Assembly (NCBI GenBank): GCA_964016885.1
Contig: OZ024749.1
Location: 3,162,001 to 3,226,000, forward strand
From: Eledone cirrhosa
Taxonomy: Eukaryota
Length of the DNA: 64,000 bases
Direction: 5' to 3'
Shown: positions 1 to 13,154 of the stretch, one piece after another
Layout of the letters: every line of letters starts with the position of its first letter
Position numbering within the stretch: the stretch's first letter is position 1
Notes under the pieces: model-generated
Told to the model about the DNA's origin: nothing
What the model saw: only the letters and a program-made list of their open reading frames with translations
Database searches by the model: none
Made by a program: the position numbers and the translations under genes

Positions 1-1865
1 CACCCTGCCCGTCACCTCGTCCCAGTTTTTGTCCGTCTGGAGATCCGGACCGAACCAGACCCCAAGCAATTTAACTGGTTCGTCCGTCCAGCGCCCGACG
101 ACGCTGTTGGACGGCATGGACCTGCCATTGACCTTCCTGGTTGATCATTGCTCCTGTCACCGCTTCGTATTCCCTTAGTGTAGTGCCGATCGCCTCGATG
201 TGTTTGGCGTTCGACACCACTACGGTAACATCGTCCGCATATGCTCACACGGATCTTCCGCATCCTAGTTCGCACAGGACCCCCCTCAACGTCTCCAGTT
301 TGTGCAGTAATGGCTCGAGAGTCAATACGTAGAAGAGGGACGAGAGGGGACATCATTGGCGGACCGAGCGCATGATGTTGAACGGTTCCGAAAGGTGACC
401 GTTCACTCTCACCACAGAGCAGATGTCGCTGTGCATGGCAGCGATCCAATCTCTGAAGACGGGCCCAAAGCCAGCCGCCCTCAGGACTGCCGCTAGGTAA
501 CGATGGTCGACCCTATCGAAAGCTTTCAACTGATCTAAATTGATCAAGGACCCACCCGTGCCAGGTTCCCTAGCTATCCTCTCTACGATCTATCGCATGA
601 GGTGGAGGTTGTCGTGGATGGATCTGTCGGAAATGGCGCATGTCTGCGCCTCTCCCACCAGACCACCAACGACAAGCGCCAACCTCTTTGCTAGCACCTT
701 GGCCCAAATCTTGAACTCTGTGTTTAGCAGAGTTATGGGCCTAAAATTATCTATGTTATCCCCCTTGTTCGGATCCTTTCTCAGCAGAGCCACAACTCCT
801 CGGCTTACAGAGCTGGGAAAATCTCCAGTTCTGTTGCCAGTTGCAGTAGACGTCCGCCAATAGGCCTCCGAACAAGTATGGCATCTGTACGTAAAGTTCA
901 TAGGGCAGACCATCCAAACCAGGCGATTTACCCCTTGTGCAGCTAGTAATTGCCTCCCGTACTTCAGCGGCTGTTATCGGCTTTTCGCAACACTCCACCT
1001 CAGTGGCCGAATGCCGCGGCAGTCCGTCGAGGTAGTCACTAAAGTCCATCCCTCGATCCGGCCCGCTGCTGCCTCCGAACAACTGAGCGAAGTGTCGCTG
1101 AAAAGCTTCACACATTTGCCCGGGATCGAGTAGCATGCGCTCGTCGTGGTCCACCAAAGACCGGATCGTGGCTTTTATTGCCCCGACGCGCCTCCGCCAC
1201 TCGGGCTTATTGAACGGCTTTCGTCCCCTCGTATCTGAGAGCACGCACCCTAGCTCTGACAACGCAGCATTCCTGCTTTGCATTGAAGAATTGGTCAAGG
1301 GCCAATTTCACCGCAAGTACGTCGGTCGCGATGCCTTTGCTAAGCGCCTCGTCTAATTTTCTAACTAATTCTCCCTCTGCTCTATTTTTCTCTATTGCTA
1401 AAGCCTTACTAAACCTAATGGACTCTATTCTCATTGTTCTTTTCAGAGCAAACCACCACTTGTTGTTGACGATGGCCACCCTCAACGCCCGCTTAACTAG
1501 TTCGCTAATCCGGTCTCTGTAGGCCTTGCGCGCTGGTAAGGACGCGTTTAGCTTCCAGTAGCTTGGTCCTCGTCTATGAAGCCTATCTAAGTCAAGCACA
1601 CAGATCACGAATGTGTGGTCCGTGTAGCTGACTATCTTGAATTGTGGACAGCCTATGCTATACCTATCTATTTCTCTACAAACTACTCTATCTAGATATG
1701 ATATGGATGGCCCTATGCGATTTGTCCAAGTCCACATTGGCACATTCGGGAAATTCCAATCGGTACCTGTCAGACAGTTCAAAACGCCTGAGCAAGATAA
1801 TAAATAACTGAAAATAACAAACCTTTGCGGAGCTCACGATGAAACGATTTACTACGTAGGTCGCA
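1..1865 (-). mobile_element. Tx1/L1-clade LINE, frameshifted ORF2 (APE C-terminus + RT), with short putative 5' end; runs off window start
   Basis: Minus-strand peptides SYLDRV..SYTDH (APE), WKLNAS, GKSPGLDGLPYELY, NFRPITLLNTEFKIWAKVLA, INLDQLKAFDRVDH, VRVNGHLSEPF..VRQ (RT) split across frames. Confidence 0.92.
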
Positions 1866-2081
1866 AATAATAATAATAATAATAATAATAATAATTGTTT
1901 CTACTTTAGGCACAAGGCCAGCAATTACCCAGTGCATTACTGGTACTTTATTTTATCGACCCCGTAAGGATGAAAGGCAAAGTCAACCTCGGCGGGATTT
2001 GAACTCAGATCGTAAAGGGACATAACTATGCTGGAAAGCATGGCGTCCGACCCTCTACTGATACTGCCAATCCACCGCCTT
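1866..2081 (-). mobile_element. tRNA-derived SINE, full length, (ATT)n tail
   Basis: Minus strand GGCGGTGGATTGGCAGTATC (A box)...GAGTTCAAATCCCGCC (B box)...GCCTTTCATCCTTACGGGGTCGATAAAATAAAGTACCAGT...GTAGAAACAATTATTATT; more than 10 copies in the window. Confidence 0.9.
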
Positions 2082-2699
2082 TCATTTATTGGCCACAAGG
2101 GCCGACATAGAGGGGACAATACAAGAGACTAGGACAGTGGGGTTTTACATAAAAATCGAGTAAACAATATGAATAACAATAACAAAGTAACAATAAAAAT
2201 TACCCAATATGGGGGATAACCACCCGAGGTTGACTCAGATACCTCATTAATCCTGAAGCACTCGACGCTTCGAGAGCACCAGGAGAGGGCACCCATCTCC
2301 TTCTCAAATTCACCAACCTAGAGGCGCATGACCAGAGTAGGCCCACTCACACGGGGCATTCTCACCCCTTTCACCCATCTCTCAGCAAAAGTACTGGCGA
2401 GGGGTGGTAGCTATACTTCTATTCTCAACCCTCAACTTCCTTTCCAAGTGAAACTTGAAAAAGTTGTTAGGATTGGCCGAACAGAAAAGAGTCTCTCTTC
2501 AGTCCTTTCAGCTTCGTCCACCATACAACCTCATTTGCTACTGCCACCAGACAGAGGAAAATTGCCTGCCCTTCCTGGCCAAAAGAATGCGGGCGGTCGA
2601 TCTTCACTATGGACTCGGCCGGTAGCCGGTTCCGTTCTAAACGCGACAACAGCTGTTCGACATAACTCCTCAAGTCAGTAATGCACGGACACTGGGCGA
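2082..2699 (-). mobile_element. Tx1/L1-clade LINE 3' end (ORF2 C-terminus + 3' UTR)
   Basis: QCP..LRSYVEQLLSR...FLCLVAVANEVVWW C-terminal segment; minus-strand AATAAA at about 2085-2090. Confidence 0.7.
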
Positions 2700-3411
2700 T
2701 ATTATTATTATTATTATTATTATAGTTGCTTTATCTTGCTTTATATTCATCCGAGTTATCACCAAGTCACAACCAGTGACCTCAAGAGACAACAAGTTCC
2801 GCCATGTTCAACAAAGTACATATTTACACACACATGCATATTTAGGTGTTTAGACTTGTGATGTACTTATATTGACATACTCTTCCTTATTATATGGGCA
2901 GTCGCCATTAGTAGTATCTTTTGTATTTCTCCTATACGCGGGTTTCCTGGGATTCCTAGAGCGCCTACAACCACTGGTATTGTTTTAGTTCTCAATTTCC
3001 ACATTTTTCCAATTTCTATCTCCAGGTCCTTATACTTGCTTAATTTTTCAAAGGTTTTTATAGATACATTCTTGTCTATTGGAACGGACATATCAATTAG
3101 CAGGCATACCCTCTTTTTAAAGTCCTTCAGTATTATAGCAGGTCTATTTGCATCTATTTTTCGGTCTGTTGGGATGCTAAAGTTCCACAAGATAGAGATG
3201 TGATCTGTTTCAAGTATGGGAGGTGGTTGATGGTCCCACCAATTCTTTTGATGGGCCAGGTCAAAATGCTTACACATTATCCAATGTATGTATTGTGCAC
3301 CTCTGTCATGCCTGTTTAGGTATTCGGTTGGAGCTATAGGACTGCACATTGAAATTATATGATCTATCGTCTCTGGTGTTTTTTACATACGCGGCATAAT
3401 GGGTTGATTCC

Positions 3412-3413
<2 letters not shown>
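2700..3413 (-). mobile_element. R4/Dong-type non-LTR retrotransposon 3' fragment, family A (restriction-like endonuclease)
   Basis: ETIDHIISMC, YLNRHD, ILWNF, NRPAIIL..LIDMSVP, EKLSKYKDL, IPVVVGALG; (TAA)n on both sides in element sense. Confidence 0.88.
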
Positions 3414-3442
<29 letters not shown>

Positions 3443-3449
3443 GTTATTG

Positions 3450-4392
3450 TTGTTCTTTGAGTCTCAGTCATTGATGTTAGTTAACTGGAAAGTTTGTTGA
3501 AATGAATATCAAGCCACTACCTGCAGCCTCAGATATTCAGGACGTATCGGAGGGTTCTTGCTGTTCCCAGCAAGCATGCCTTTTGAAGCGTTCCAAAAAG
3601 CGTGGCGTGGCCAATTTTCTTTAACCATCCCTGGAAACTTTGTAGATAGTACCTAGTGCGCCTATGACAATCGGGACCAGTTTGACTTCATGGCAGTTCC
3701 AAATACATTTTACCTCCCACTTTAAGTCCTGGTATCGTTTAATTTTCTCCCTCTCCTTCTCTTGCATTCTCGTGTCGAATGGGCAGGCCACATCCACGAT
3801 CAGGCACAATCTTTTTTCCTTGTCCCAAACCACCAGGGCAGGTCTATTGTGTTCCAGTTTCTTGTCCGCCTGTATCCTAAAATCCCACAGCAACTTCACC
3901 TGATCGTTTTCTATCACCGACTCTGGCCTATGCTCATACCACTTCTCAGAATGTGGTAAATTGTTTACTTTGCATAGGGCCCAGTGGATCACCCTGCCCA
4001 TCACATCATGTCTCCAGCCTTTATAGTGAGTCTGGGCTAGGTGTTTACACTCGGATACAATGTGAGTCACAGTCTCCTCTCTCTCTCTCCGCAGATCCTG
4101 CACAGTGGGCTAGCCTCCTCCTTGTAAATATGCTGTTTCAACCACTACGTGTTGAGGGCCTGCTCTTGCGCAGCCATTAGCATTCCTTCTGTTGCCTTTT
4201 TAAGGTCTCTTTTCAACCAGTTCCATGTCTGTGGATCTCTGAATTCAGTTTTCTCAAAGAAGGTACTGTGAAGGGATTTTTCATGAAGGCTGCTCTTTCT
4301 CCTTGTTGTTATTTCCTCCTTGGACATCCCCTGGTCTATTGTACTGTCCTTCAGTACAATTCTGAGCATTGGCTCCTTACTATCAGTCACAT
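3450..4392 (-). mobile_element. R4/Dong-type non-LTR retrotransposon 3' fragment, family B
   Basis: TEGMLMAAQEQALNT, ETVTHIVSEC, RHD, LLWDF, HNRP..IVDVACPFD, EKIKRYQDL, PIVIGALG. Confidence 0.88.
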
Positions 4393-4395
4393 ATT

Positions 4396-4396
<1 letters not shown>

Positions 4397-4437
<41 letters not shown>

Positions 4438-4464
4438 TATTATTATTATTATTATTATTATTAT
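4397..4464. repeat. (TAA)n abutting (TTA)n: palindromic trinucleotide microsatellite
   Basis: Read directly from sequence. Confidence 0.95.
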
Positions 4465-5031
4465 TGTTTTTGTTATTATGTTGGTGGTTGTTTGCTACGA
4501 CGTGTTCACATCGGCGCCAGACGGCTGATTACTTTGAATTGTTTCAGGATTCCATCAGGACAAAATATGTGGCGGCTCTTGCGGTGCGTGATTCTGGAGG
4601 GGACAGATACCGTCCCAATCGAGTTAACCAGAATAGACAGCGGTCCAGCGTTGATCTGGAGATACTTCTCCAGATCAAACCTGAAAAACTAAGCAAAATC
4701 TCCGAGCAGATCCGCCTTCAAAACGGGACGGTTTTAGAAGAAATGACTGAGGGTTAAAACGCTGCATTCCTTCGGTTGCGGCGTAACAACACACTTGCGA
4801 GCCTTCTGCCTTCAGCTATTTAAAAATGCAAGGGGTCGAAAGGCTCCGCGGCTGCCGACGCCATGGCCTGAACAACAACTGCAACAGCAAAAAATAACAG
4901 CACGAACACCAAATTCTACTGTAGCAGCACCAGCCAAACCAACAATAGCACCGGCAACGGCTACAGAACCACGGCAACCAACAACAACAGCAAACACCAC
5001 CAAGAGTACCAAGGGGCCACTCCAAAATTAG
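4465..5031 (+). mobile_element. Tx1/L1-clade LINE 5' end with degraded ORF1 (zinc-knuckle remnant, Pro/Thr/Ala-rich tail)
   Basis: DLEILLQIKPEKLSKISEQIRLQNG and GCGVTTHLRAFC parallel GLELLIPADQKNVQEIPEEIDLNDG and CVVYRDGTHLKTFC at 29.1-29.4 kb; shared 5' motif GACGTG(G)TTCAYATCG. Confidence 0.65.
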
Positions 5032-5706
5032 GTTTAATTATAAGACCTGCTAATACTTTAGGCTCTATAACTATTTAACAATAAATTCCTAACAGTTATA
5101 ACTGTAAATATCTCATAAATTATATTATAGAAAATGTTGTCAGTATTACAAGTAATTTTGTTAAAGATTACCTTTGTGAGAATATTGAACATTATATGTT
5201 TTCTTTCGCGGGCCTCGTAAATCCTTTAAATTTGTTTTCATAAAACTTCGAATTTTAGAAATTTAGCAGAATTATATTATAACATTAATACAAATAACCA
5301 TCAACTTTTAAAACCTAAAATTTTGATTATTTACCCTAAAATAACATGAAATTTAACCGCCAAAGCTATATATGTTTATGTGTGTCTAAAGAAAATTTGA
5401 GCATAAATTACTCCACTTTGTCTCTCCCTCTCTTTAATTATCTATCAGTTGTCTTCTCAAGTTAAATACTAAATAAATTATAACTCCAGATACGTCTTCC
5501 TCTATAGTTCTATAGTAGTATTTCAAATTTTTAAAACTCTATAACTGTTGCATTAAGGCAATGTGTTACTTACTCACACGCTCTCTATTGATTCTATTAC
5601 GTTTTCGCATGTTCTCAATATTAGGGTATAAATATTGAGTGTTCTCATAAGCTAATCACTACCTTGATTAAATCTTAACCATCTAACATGTCAGGGTGTG
5701 TCATGT

Positions 5707-5788
5707 ATCAATTTATTTTATCTGATGAGGACGTACTCTTTAACTTGATTCAGTACCTCTGAAATATGTATAATAACATTTAATTGAT
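5707..5788 (+). ncRNA. Hammerhead ribozyme-like motif (type I, degenerate helix I)
   Basis: CTGATGA (5722), helix II GGAcGTACT/AGTACcTCT, GAAA (5761), TATG, TA; distal ATCAATT/AATTGAT pairing. Confidence 0.5.
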
Positions 5789-5847
5789 CGCAAGAATATC
5801 TGTTTTGTTAATATTTGAATTAATATTATATATATATATATATATAT

Positions 5848-6052
5848 AATTATTTAGGCCTAACTTACGTAACGAACGCGTAAACTCACAGAAACCCACT
5901 CACAAACATAGACAGACTCATTTGCAAAGGCTGTAAAATGAGAACCGCCCGCCTAGCCAGATGGCGTTATCTTATGGCTAAAACAGCACGACGTGCTGTG
6001 ACCAGCGACGCCGATTGGCGCACGACAGACTAGGTCGGTCAAGGTGATCAAG

Positions 6053-6108
<56 letters not shown>

Positions 6109-6181
6109 CATAGGTATATAAATACCTACATATATATGTGTATATTTATATGTGTCTATTTATATATTTACTCTCACACAT

Positions 6182-6263
<82 letters not shown>

Positions 6264-6417
6264 CTGCTCTGTAGAACAATTGATGTTATTACATTGAGCT
6301 ATTTATCTTACTGGTAATAAGATAGTAATAAATTACTGTCTTTCACTATTTAGGGTTTAAAATATATGTAACTATAAAAAGTTTTAGTATATACATATCC
6401 ATATATAGTATCCTTAA

Positions 6418-6454
<37 letters not shown>

Positions 6455-7460
6455 TATATAATTCTTTGTCTTTCTGTCTGTCTGTTTCCTTACTCATTCT
6501 CAAATGAATCGACCAAATCAAATTACATTTCATAATTTAATAGTCTTAGATCCCAGGATTAACAACATGTAATTTTTGTTTTCATTAGGATTAAAACAAT
6601 ATAGCACGTTATCTAAAATAATCTTTCTATAGTCACCTATATTAAATCACACTACAGCCACGACGACGTCACATTTTGAAAATGAGTTAGTATATGTTTG
6701 TGAGTGGGTTTGTGTGTGTTTACGCGTTCGTTACGTACGTTAGGCCTAAATAATTACATACACATACACTTTCACGTACACATTTGATGAGATAAAAAAA
6801 AAAAATTAAACACACACACACACATACACACACACACACACACACACATCAGTGATGACTGACAAGTATATGTCTGAGTGTATGTGAGTGCGTGTGTGTG
6901 AGTATACATACATTTCTATGACGAGGTGAAACTGTGTGTATATATGAATGTATGTATGTGTGTGTTTTTTAGAAGTTTATGTGAGTGTATGTGTGTCTGT
7001 TCGTGGGTGAAATTCTGTGTGTGTTTGTATGAATGTATGTCTGTGTAAGTTCTTATAAGTGTATATTCGTGTGAGTGTATGTGTATCTCTTAGTATTTTC
7101 ATTTGGTTTAAAAGAATATAACATTTTATTAAACGAACATTTCAAAACACCACGACGACGATGACGTTACATTTAGTATATAAGCGTGTATGTGTTTTTG
7201 AGTGTGTGCATGTTTACGCGTTCGTTACGTACGTTAGGCATTAGTAAAATACAAACACACATCTCTACCTAAATATTTAATCAGATACACAAAGAATTAA
7301 ACACACAGACATCTACACATGTGATGACTGACAAGTGAATGCGTATGTACGTATGTGAGGGTCTATGTGTGTATGAGCATACATACATTTCTATGAAACT
7401 GTGTGTATTTATTATCAGTTTGTGTGATGGTATGTGTGTATGTTCGTGGGTGAAACACTT
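5848..7460. repeat. Three copies of a ~60-bp unit: inverted pair 5848-5910 / 6693-6756, plus degenerate ~490-bp direct duplication (6660-7080 vs 7150-7460)
   Basis: TTTACGCGTTCGTTACGTACGTTAGGC at about 6720 and 7213; reverse complement at about 5858. Confidence 0.7.
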
Positions 7461-8464
7461 TATTCTAAAAAATCCTCTCATGCCTACAGCTGTTCCATTT
7501 GAATTTAAGAGGTTTCAGTTTCCAGTCAAACTAATTTAAAAAATCACAGCGTCAATCCCTGAAGGATCAATCCTTGATCTCTCTACTCTTCTACATGTCT
7601 CACCCATGGCCAACTGTATGCTGGTTGCTCACAAGCTGGAAGCAGCAACAATTTATTCATTTGGACTCCAACAGGAAATTACACGATGATTATTGTTTAC
7701 ACTGAGGTGCTTCAAGATTGACAGATTTTCATTTCTAGCCATTCAGCTAGTATGTGTGTGTATATATATATATATATACACCCACATATATTATATATAC
7801 ATACGTTCAGTCGTTTCCCTACTCACTCAATGCTTTAATTACAACAGTATTCTTAAGTTACACCCCCGCACCCACCCACCCAAAAAGGGGTGGGGGCTCT
7901 AATACGTCAAATAGTGAGAAAAACTATGTGAGTAGAGAATTTGATTCTCATGCACCAGACTAATGCGTTAGTTTCTGCTGACGACAGTTCCTATGGAGCT
8001 GGTGTGTACAGAAATTAATTAATGACATTATGCATTACTTTCTTGGCTAAAAACAACTTCATCAGAGGGAAATTACCCTCTTGGGAACATGTCTCACGAG
8101 CCTACTATCTTGATACGAACTCGCCATTACGGCTGTAAGCTTCACTTTCAGTGTCACATGACAGTGAAGAGGAGGTAAGCTATCAGTGACTATTTCAAGA
8201 TAGGTTGGCACACCTTTTCAAATAGAAAGTGAACCACGAAGCTCGACAATTAATAAAAGTCGAACTATAATAAACACAATGTATAAAATATTCCTGAAAT
8301 GAAGTTATCTGATATGACCAAAATCCCTTCGATCGTTTTCCCACTTTACCATGCACTCAATGTTTTAATTAAGCCACTACCATTAAGTTACTAACGAACA
8401 GGAAAGCAGAGTGCATATACATATATAGATACATGCCTACATATGCACATACACACACATACAT

Positions 8465-8504
<40 letters not shown>

Positions 8505-8657
8505 TGGCTAATAAAGACTTTTGATGTATTGAAGGCTTCTTTGGTTTATTTTTTATAATTCTTCGGCTCTGTTTAATTACATTGAGCTATATCTTATACC
8601 GTCATTTCTATAATATGAAGAGGGTGTTTAACTCCAACACACTCTAGTATTTTAATT

Positions 8658-8700
<43 letters not shown>

Positions 8701-9112
8701 GTGTTTGTGTTTCTCTCTCTGTATCTCGTGAATATAAAACGATTTCAAGTGCTCTTATTTGATGCATCGTGGGACTTATTTAAACGCATTTTAATGGAGA
8801 CAGTTGAATGTTATATTGACTATTAGACTATTAAAAAGTAAAAAGATTACCTCGTAAATCTAAAGATGTGTATATTGTGTGCCTCAGTGTCTACACAGGT
8901 GTTATCCACTTTGGAATATATGTTTCATAGTCTTCTCCCTGTCTTCAATCTCCCTCTTGTTTTTTTCTATCCCTTAAGTTATTTTCCAATGACAGGCTCA
9001 CCTCTGAAATATTTGTTCTACTATATCAGGCATGTTGCTTTCCCATATATACATTGTTTTACACATATATACATTGATATACATACATACATCAACAAAC
9101 ACTCACCCAAAC

Positions 9113-9180
<68 letters not shown>

Positions 9181-9225
9181 TTATTTATTTATTTAGTTAT
9201 GTAATAAACAACATAAGATAATTAT

Positions 9226-9286
9226 TTCATTTACCAGTGGTTTCTTGAAGGCAGATGTTATGTCTGTCTTCTGTCTTCAGAATGAA
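9226..9286 (-). ncRNA. Hammerhead ribozyme motif (type I)
   Basis: Minus: TTCATT-CTGAAGA-caGAAGaCAGA..TCTGcCTTCaa-GAAA-CCACTGG-TA-AATGAA; perfect 6-bp helix I, GUA cleavage site. Confidence 0.7.
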
Positions 9287-9731
9287 TAAATAACATGGTT
9301 GTTTTTATTAAATATCGATTTGAAAACAAAATTTAGGAAATTAGAAAGTGAGGCTGAAAACACGGGCAAAAAGTAATTAGGGGAAACAATATATAAATAA
9401 ATATACAGAACAAAAACATACACACACTCAATCACGCGCATATACGTAATAGTACGTAGACGTATACTTTCTCACTGTACCTTTCCGACGGAAATACATC
9501 ATTCCTATATATACAAATATAAATTAGCGATTATCGTATTTCGGCTTAGGAATTAACGAATAACAACTTATATATATAAATTTGAATTTGTGTTGCTTGC
9601 TTACCGGCACTTCAGTATGTAGGGCAGAGCACTCAACGAAGTGCGCAGGTGAGTCTGTTTCCCCCGGAGTAATTCAAAACAAGAAGTGTAAGAAATCAAC
9701 AGTTTAAAATTAACTTTGTTTATTCATATTC

Positions 9732-9790
9732 GCTGTACTATATATTTCAGTGATAACCATAATTAAATAGCTATGACCTCATTAGGCAGC
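9732..9790 (-). ncRNA. Degenerate hammerhead motif (core CTAATGA)
   Basis: Minus: GCTG-c-CTAATGA-GGTCATAGCTAT..ATGGTTATCACT-GAAA-TATATAG-TA-CAGC. Confidence 0.4.
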
Positions 9791-10266
9791 TAGAACTTGA
9801 ACAGAAAAAAATAGGGAAACAAAATGGTGAAATAGAATTTAGCTTGTAATTCGTTGAAATGTCCAGATCCGGAAAGTGGTATTGTTACTCCAAAGAACTG
9901 GCGGCATATGAACTAGAATGAACGAACTCTGGCATCCGAAGGGCATGCTTTCTTCTCATTGGTCAGATACTGTCGTGACAAGTCAGTTGTCTTTGAAGTA
10001 GGTCAGCGTGCCATAGTTGAATTTAACAATCAGCCATAATATCTGCTTGTAGAGTTGTTTTGGTCCAGTTGACCTATTTTACTCTGGTAGCAGTTTTGTA
10101 GGCAGGTCGGCGACCATCACTCTCTCACGGTAGTGTGTGTGAGGGTGTGTGTGTGAGGGTGGTGTTTACGTGTGTGCGCGCTTATGCATGTATGTGTGTT
10201 CGTACAAAATACACTCATACAATGATATAATATAGACCTTTATATTTTTCGACGTTAAATGTAGAC

Positions 10267-10550
10267 CAGTCATGGACAACCTGCGGCCTGCGAAGCTTTC
10301 TGAATGGCTCGCCGAAGTCACCTTAGCGAAATCTTTCTGATTTTTTTACCCCGACTTTTCAGTCGTAATTTACTTTTCTATATTTTCGAGGAAAATAACG
10401 TGTACGAATTCTGAAGAAATAAAACAAAACAACCTGAATTACAACCCTTTTTTTAAATGTGGGCACGAATGTACATTGGCGCTTGCGGCCCGCCTGATGA
10501 TGAGTCATATCCCATGCGGCCCGCTTCTCGAAAAAGGTTGCCCATGCCTG
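10267..10550. mobile_element. hAT-type MITE
   Basis: TIRs CAGTCATGGACAACCT / AGGTTGCCCATGCCTG, subterminal GCGGCC motifs, perfect 8-bp TSD ATGTAGAC. Confidence 0.9.
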
Positions 10551-10560
10551 ATGTAGACAA

Positions 10561-10668
10561 ATAATTGTTTCTACTTTAGGCACCAGGCCAGCAATTACCC
10601 TGTGCATTACTGGTACTTTATTTTATCGACCCCGTAAGGATGAAAGGCAAAGTAAACCTCGGCGGGAT
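10561..10668 (-). mobile_element. 5'-truncated SINE
   Basis: SINE 3' half; 18-bp TSD CTGATGTAGACAAATAAT. Confidence 0.88.
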
Positions 10669-12656
10669 CTGATGTAGACAAATAATCAACGACAGATGAA
10701 TTGTTTTCCCTGTCTGCCAGGCTTTGCTCAACACCTGGGTATCAGCAGAATTTCTTCCCTTAACATTATTTTTATCCAGCCTCTTCTCCAAGGAAAATTT
10801 CCTTCACATATTATTACAATGCTAATATGCTAAGGAAACCTTTATGTTTACTGTATTTCGTTTTCCCTTTACACAATTGCATGCAGCTTAATACTTCAGT
10901 AAATTAGCTGTCAGAGATTCTAAAACGATTCCCTTCCCAGGTTGATTTATATTTCCACAAAAGTCCTGTCTTAATGTATCCTCCTAGTGTTTTATAATAC
11001 ATGAAACTGATAATCAGCACCACAATGACGTGTGCACATCATAATTATCAGAATATTTTGGAAATTATGAACAACTTGATGTATGGATCAAGTGGGCTTA
11101 AGCTACCACAAATATGTACCATCATTCGTATCATCAACACTATAACATATTTAAGGTTTCCCTAAACAACTCCTCTCGACTGTGTTCGATATTAGATATA
11201 AATCATTCATTATTATGTTGTTTTATGGACACATTTCTCCCAATCCTGACGAAATAAGTAAAATCCTCAACAAAGTATCATACCTCACAAGATGTTTAAT
11301 TCGTAAATACAGACGGAGTACACACTTTTATTTAGAGTAAACATACATGATTGTTAAAATGGGTGAAAAATATCGCTTACTGAATCCTTTTGTTTTCCTG
11401 CTCAAATACTTGTTGGATTGTACATCCACGTATATGATTACCACATAAATAGCTGCAACACATTACTGTTTGCCTACATTATATGAACATATAGAAGCAA
11501 ATATAGTTATCTTACTACTCCTCAAGCAAGAATACAGAATAGTTATTTCTTAATATTATCTATTACATGCCCTGAAACGATACGCTTAGTAACTGCTAAA
11601 AATATAGTAGCGACTTGAGATAGCAAACGATAATCGACCATGTTTTATTCCTTTAGATACGGGGAAAACATGAAAATAACGAAGATCAGTAAACATTGTC
11701 TAGTAAGAGACGCTATTTTGATTATCTTTAGGATAGGCTTCCATAATGGAACATTTCACTGGAGGATGTTTAGTTTGATTCTTGCATTTGTTAAGCATAG
11801 CTTTTATAACATTCCGTGGTATCAGACATTGTATGAGAATACGAAGATTACGAAAATGAATAAACACTTTCAAAAACGAAAATTGTATGTTGTTTTAAGC
11901 TCTATGTATCTATCGTCTTTTCTTGTAGCATGATATTTTGTTGATGTAAGAGATAAGCTCGCAAGTATTAAACACCATATTTGTTTATTTGGGAAATCGA
12001 TGCCTCGACATTTCAATGTTCTGAACATCTCAATATTTGCTTTCCCTCTTGAATAGTATATTCCAGAAACGTTAACACACATATATATTTCTCGGTTGAT
12101 TCGTTATATTATATTTAGAAAGTAAATGGAATATTTTTACTTTCCTTTATCCATTATTGATACTGTGAATTTCCTTGTTGTTATAATATTTCAGACATGC
12201 ATATTTTAAGTATACACTAGTTTCTTAGAATAACTTACAAATAGTTGCAACTGAAGATATATTAAATAAGACGATATTGTACAGTGGGATGCATAAGCGT
12301 GCTTCTGAAACACATTATGCCGAGTTCGATATTCAAGCACACACACGCAGACACACGCGCCCAAACGCACGCGCAACCTCACGCACACACACACACATAC
12401 ACACACATAAACACACACACACACACATATAAATATATATATAATTTAACGAGATATCGTTTAATGTAATCCAAGTAGAGGTTATGAGTACTCTGTATCG
12501 AGGATAGTTTTAACGTTCGGCGTTGTTTGACTCAACACGACGTTTCCTCAAAAGGGTGACCGGTTAAAGAAAGTTCCTAGGTAAACGATTCTTGGAGTAA
12601 TAATAGTAAATGAGTGAAGAATAACATGGAAATCCTTTACAATAGGCTTTATTCAA

Positions 12657-12767
12657 AGTATTAACAATTGTTTCATTAGTCCGGTGTGTGAAAAAACCGC
12701 TGATCGCTAGAAGTCGCGTCACTCGATTTTAATGACAGTCGACAACCGGCCAAATCTTCAGAATACT
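12657..12767 (-). ncRNA. Hammerhead ribozyme motif (type I, extended helix II)
   Basis: Minus: AGTATT-CTGAAGA-tTTGGCCGGT...ACCGGaCTAAt-GAAA-CAATTG-TT-AATACT; palindromic helix III ACAATTGT. Confidence 0.72.
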
Positions 12768-12962
12768 GATCTGTGTACATGATACAGTGCGCTAGTATTT
12801 ATAAATACATGAAAAATAACAAGAAAAAAAGCACTAATAATGGTAACAGGGGCGTGCAGTGATGAGCGGTATACTGGGATGCAGGCGTAAATATAGTAAT
12901 GCTAATAATAACATGGAAAAAAAGAGAAAAAATGGTATGAAAAGATGACATGATAAGGAAGA

Positions 12963-13154
12963 TAATTGTTTCTACTTTTGGCACAAAGCCAGCAATTACC
13001 CAGTACATTACTCGTACTTTATTTAATCGACCCCGTAAGGATGAAAGGCAAAGTTAACCTCGGCTGGATTTGAACTGAGAATGGCAAGGGCCGTAACTCT
13101 ATGCGTCAAAGCATAGTGTCTGATCCTCTACCGATACTGCCAATCCACGCCTTT
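12963..13154 (-). mobile_element. tRNA-derived SINE, full length
   Basis: Same family; TSD ATGATAAGGAAGATAATT. Confidence 0.9.

Noticed and set aside
1985-2081. tRNA gene
   Set aside because: A/B boxes are SINE heads with body, tail and TSDs; no proper cloverleaf
5040-5500. Degraded PLE ORF upstream of the 5.7-kb hammerhead
   Set aside because: Plausible from context but no convincing GIY-YIG or RT motif could be read
7972-8014. Hammerhead TTTCTG-CTGACGA-CAGTTCC/GGAGCTG..TA-CAGAAA
   Set aside because: Helices I and II fit but GAAA is missing; at best a dead relic
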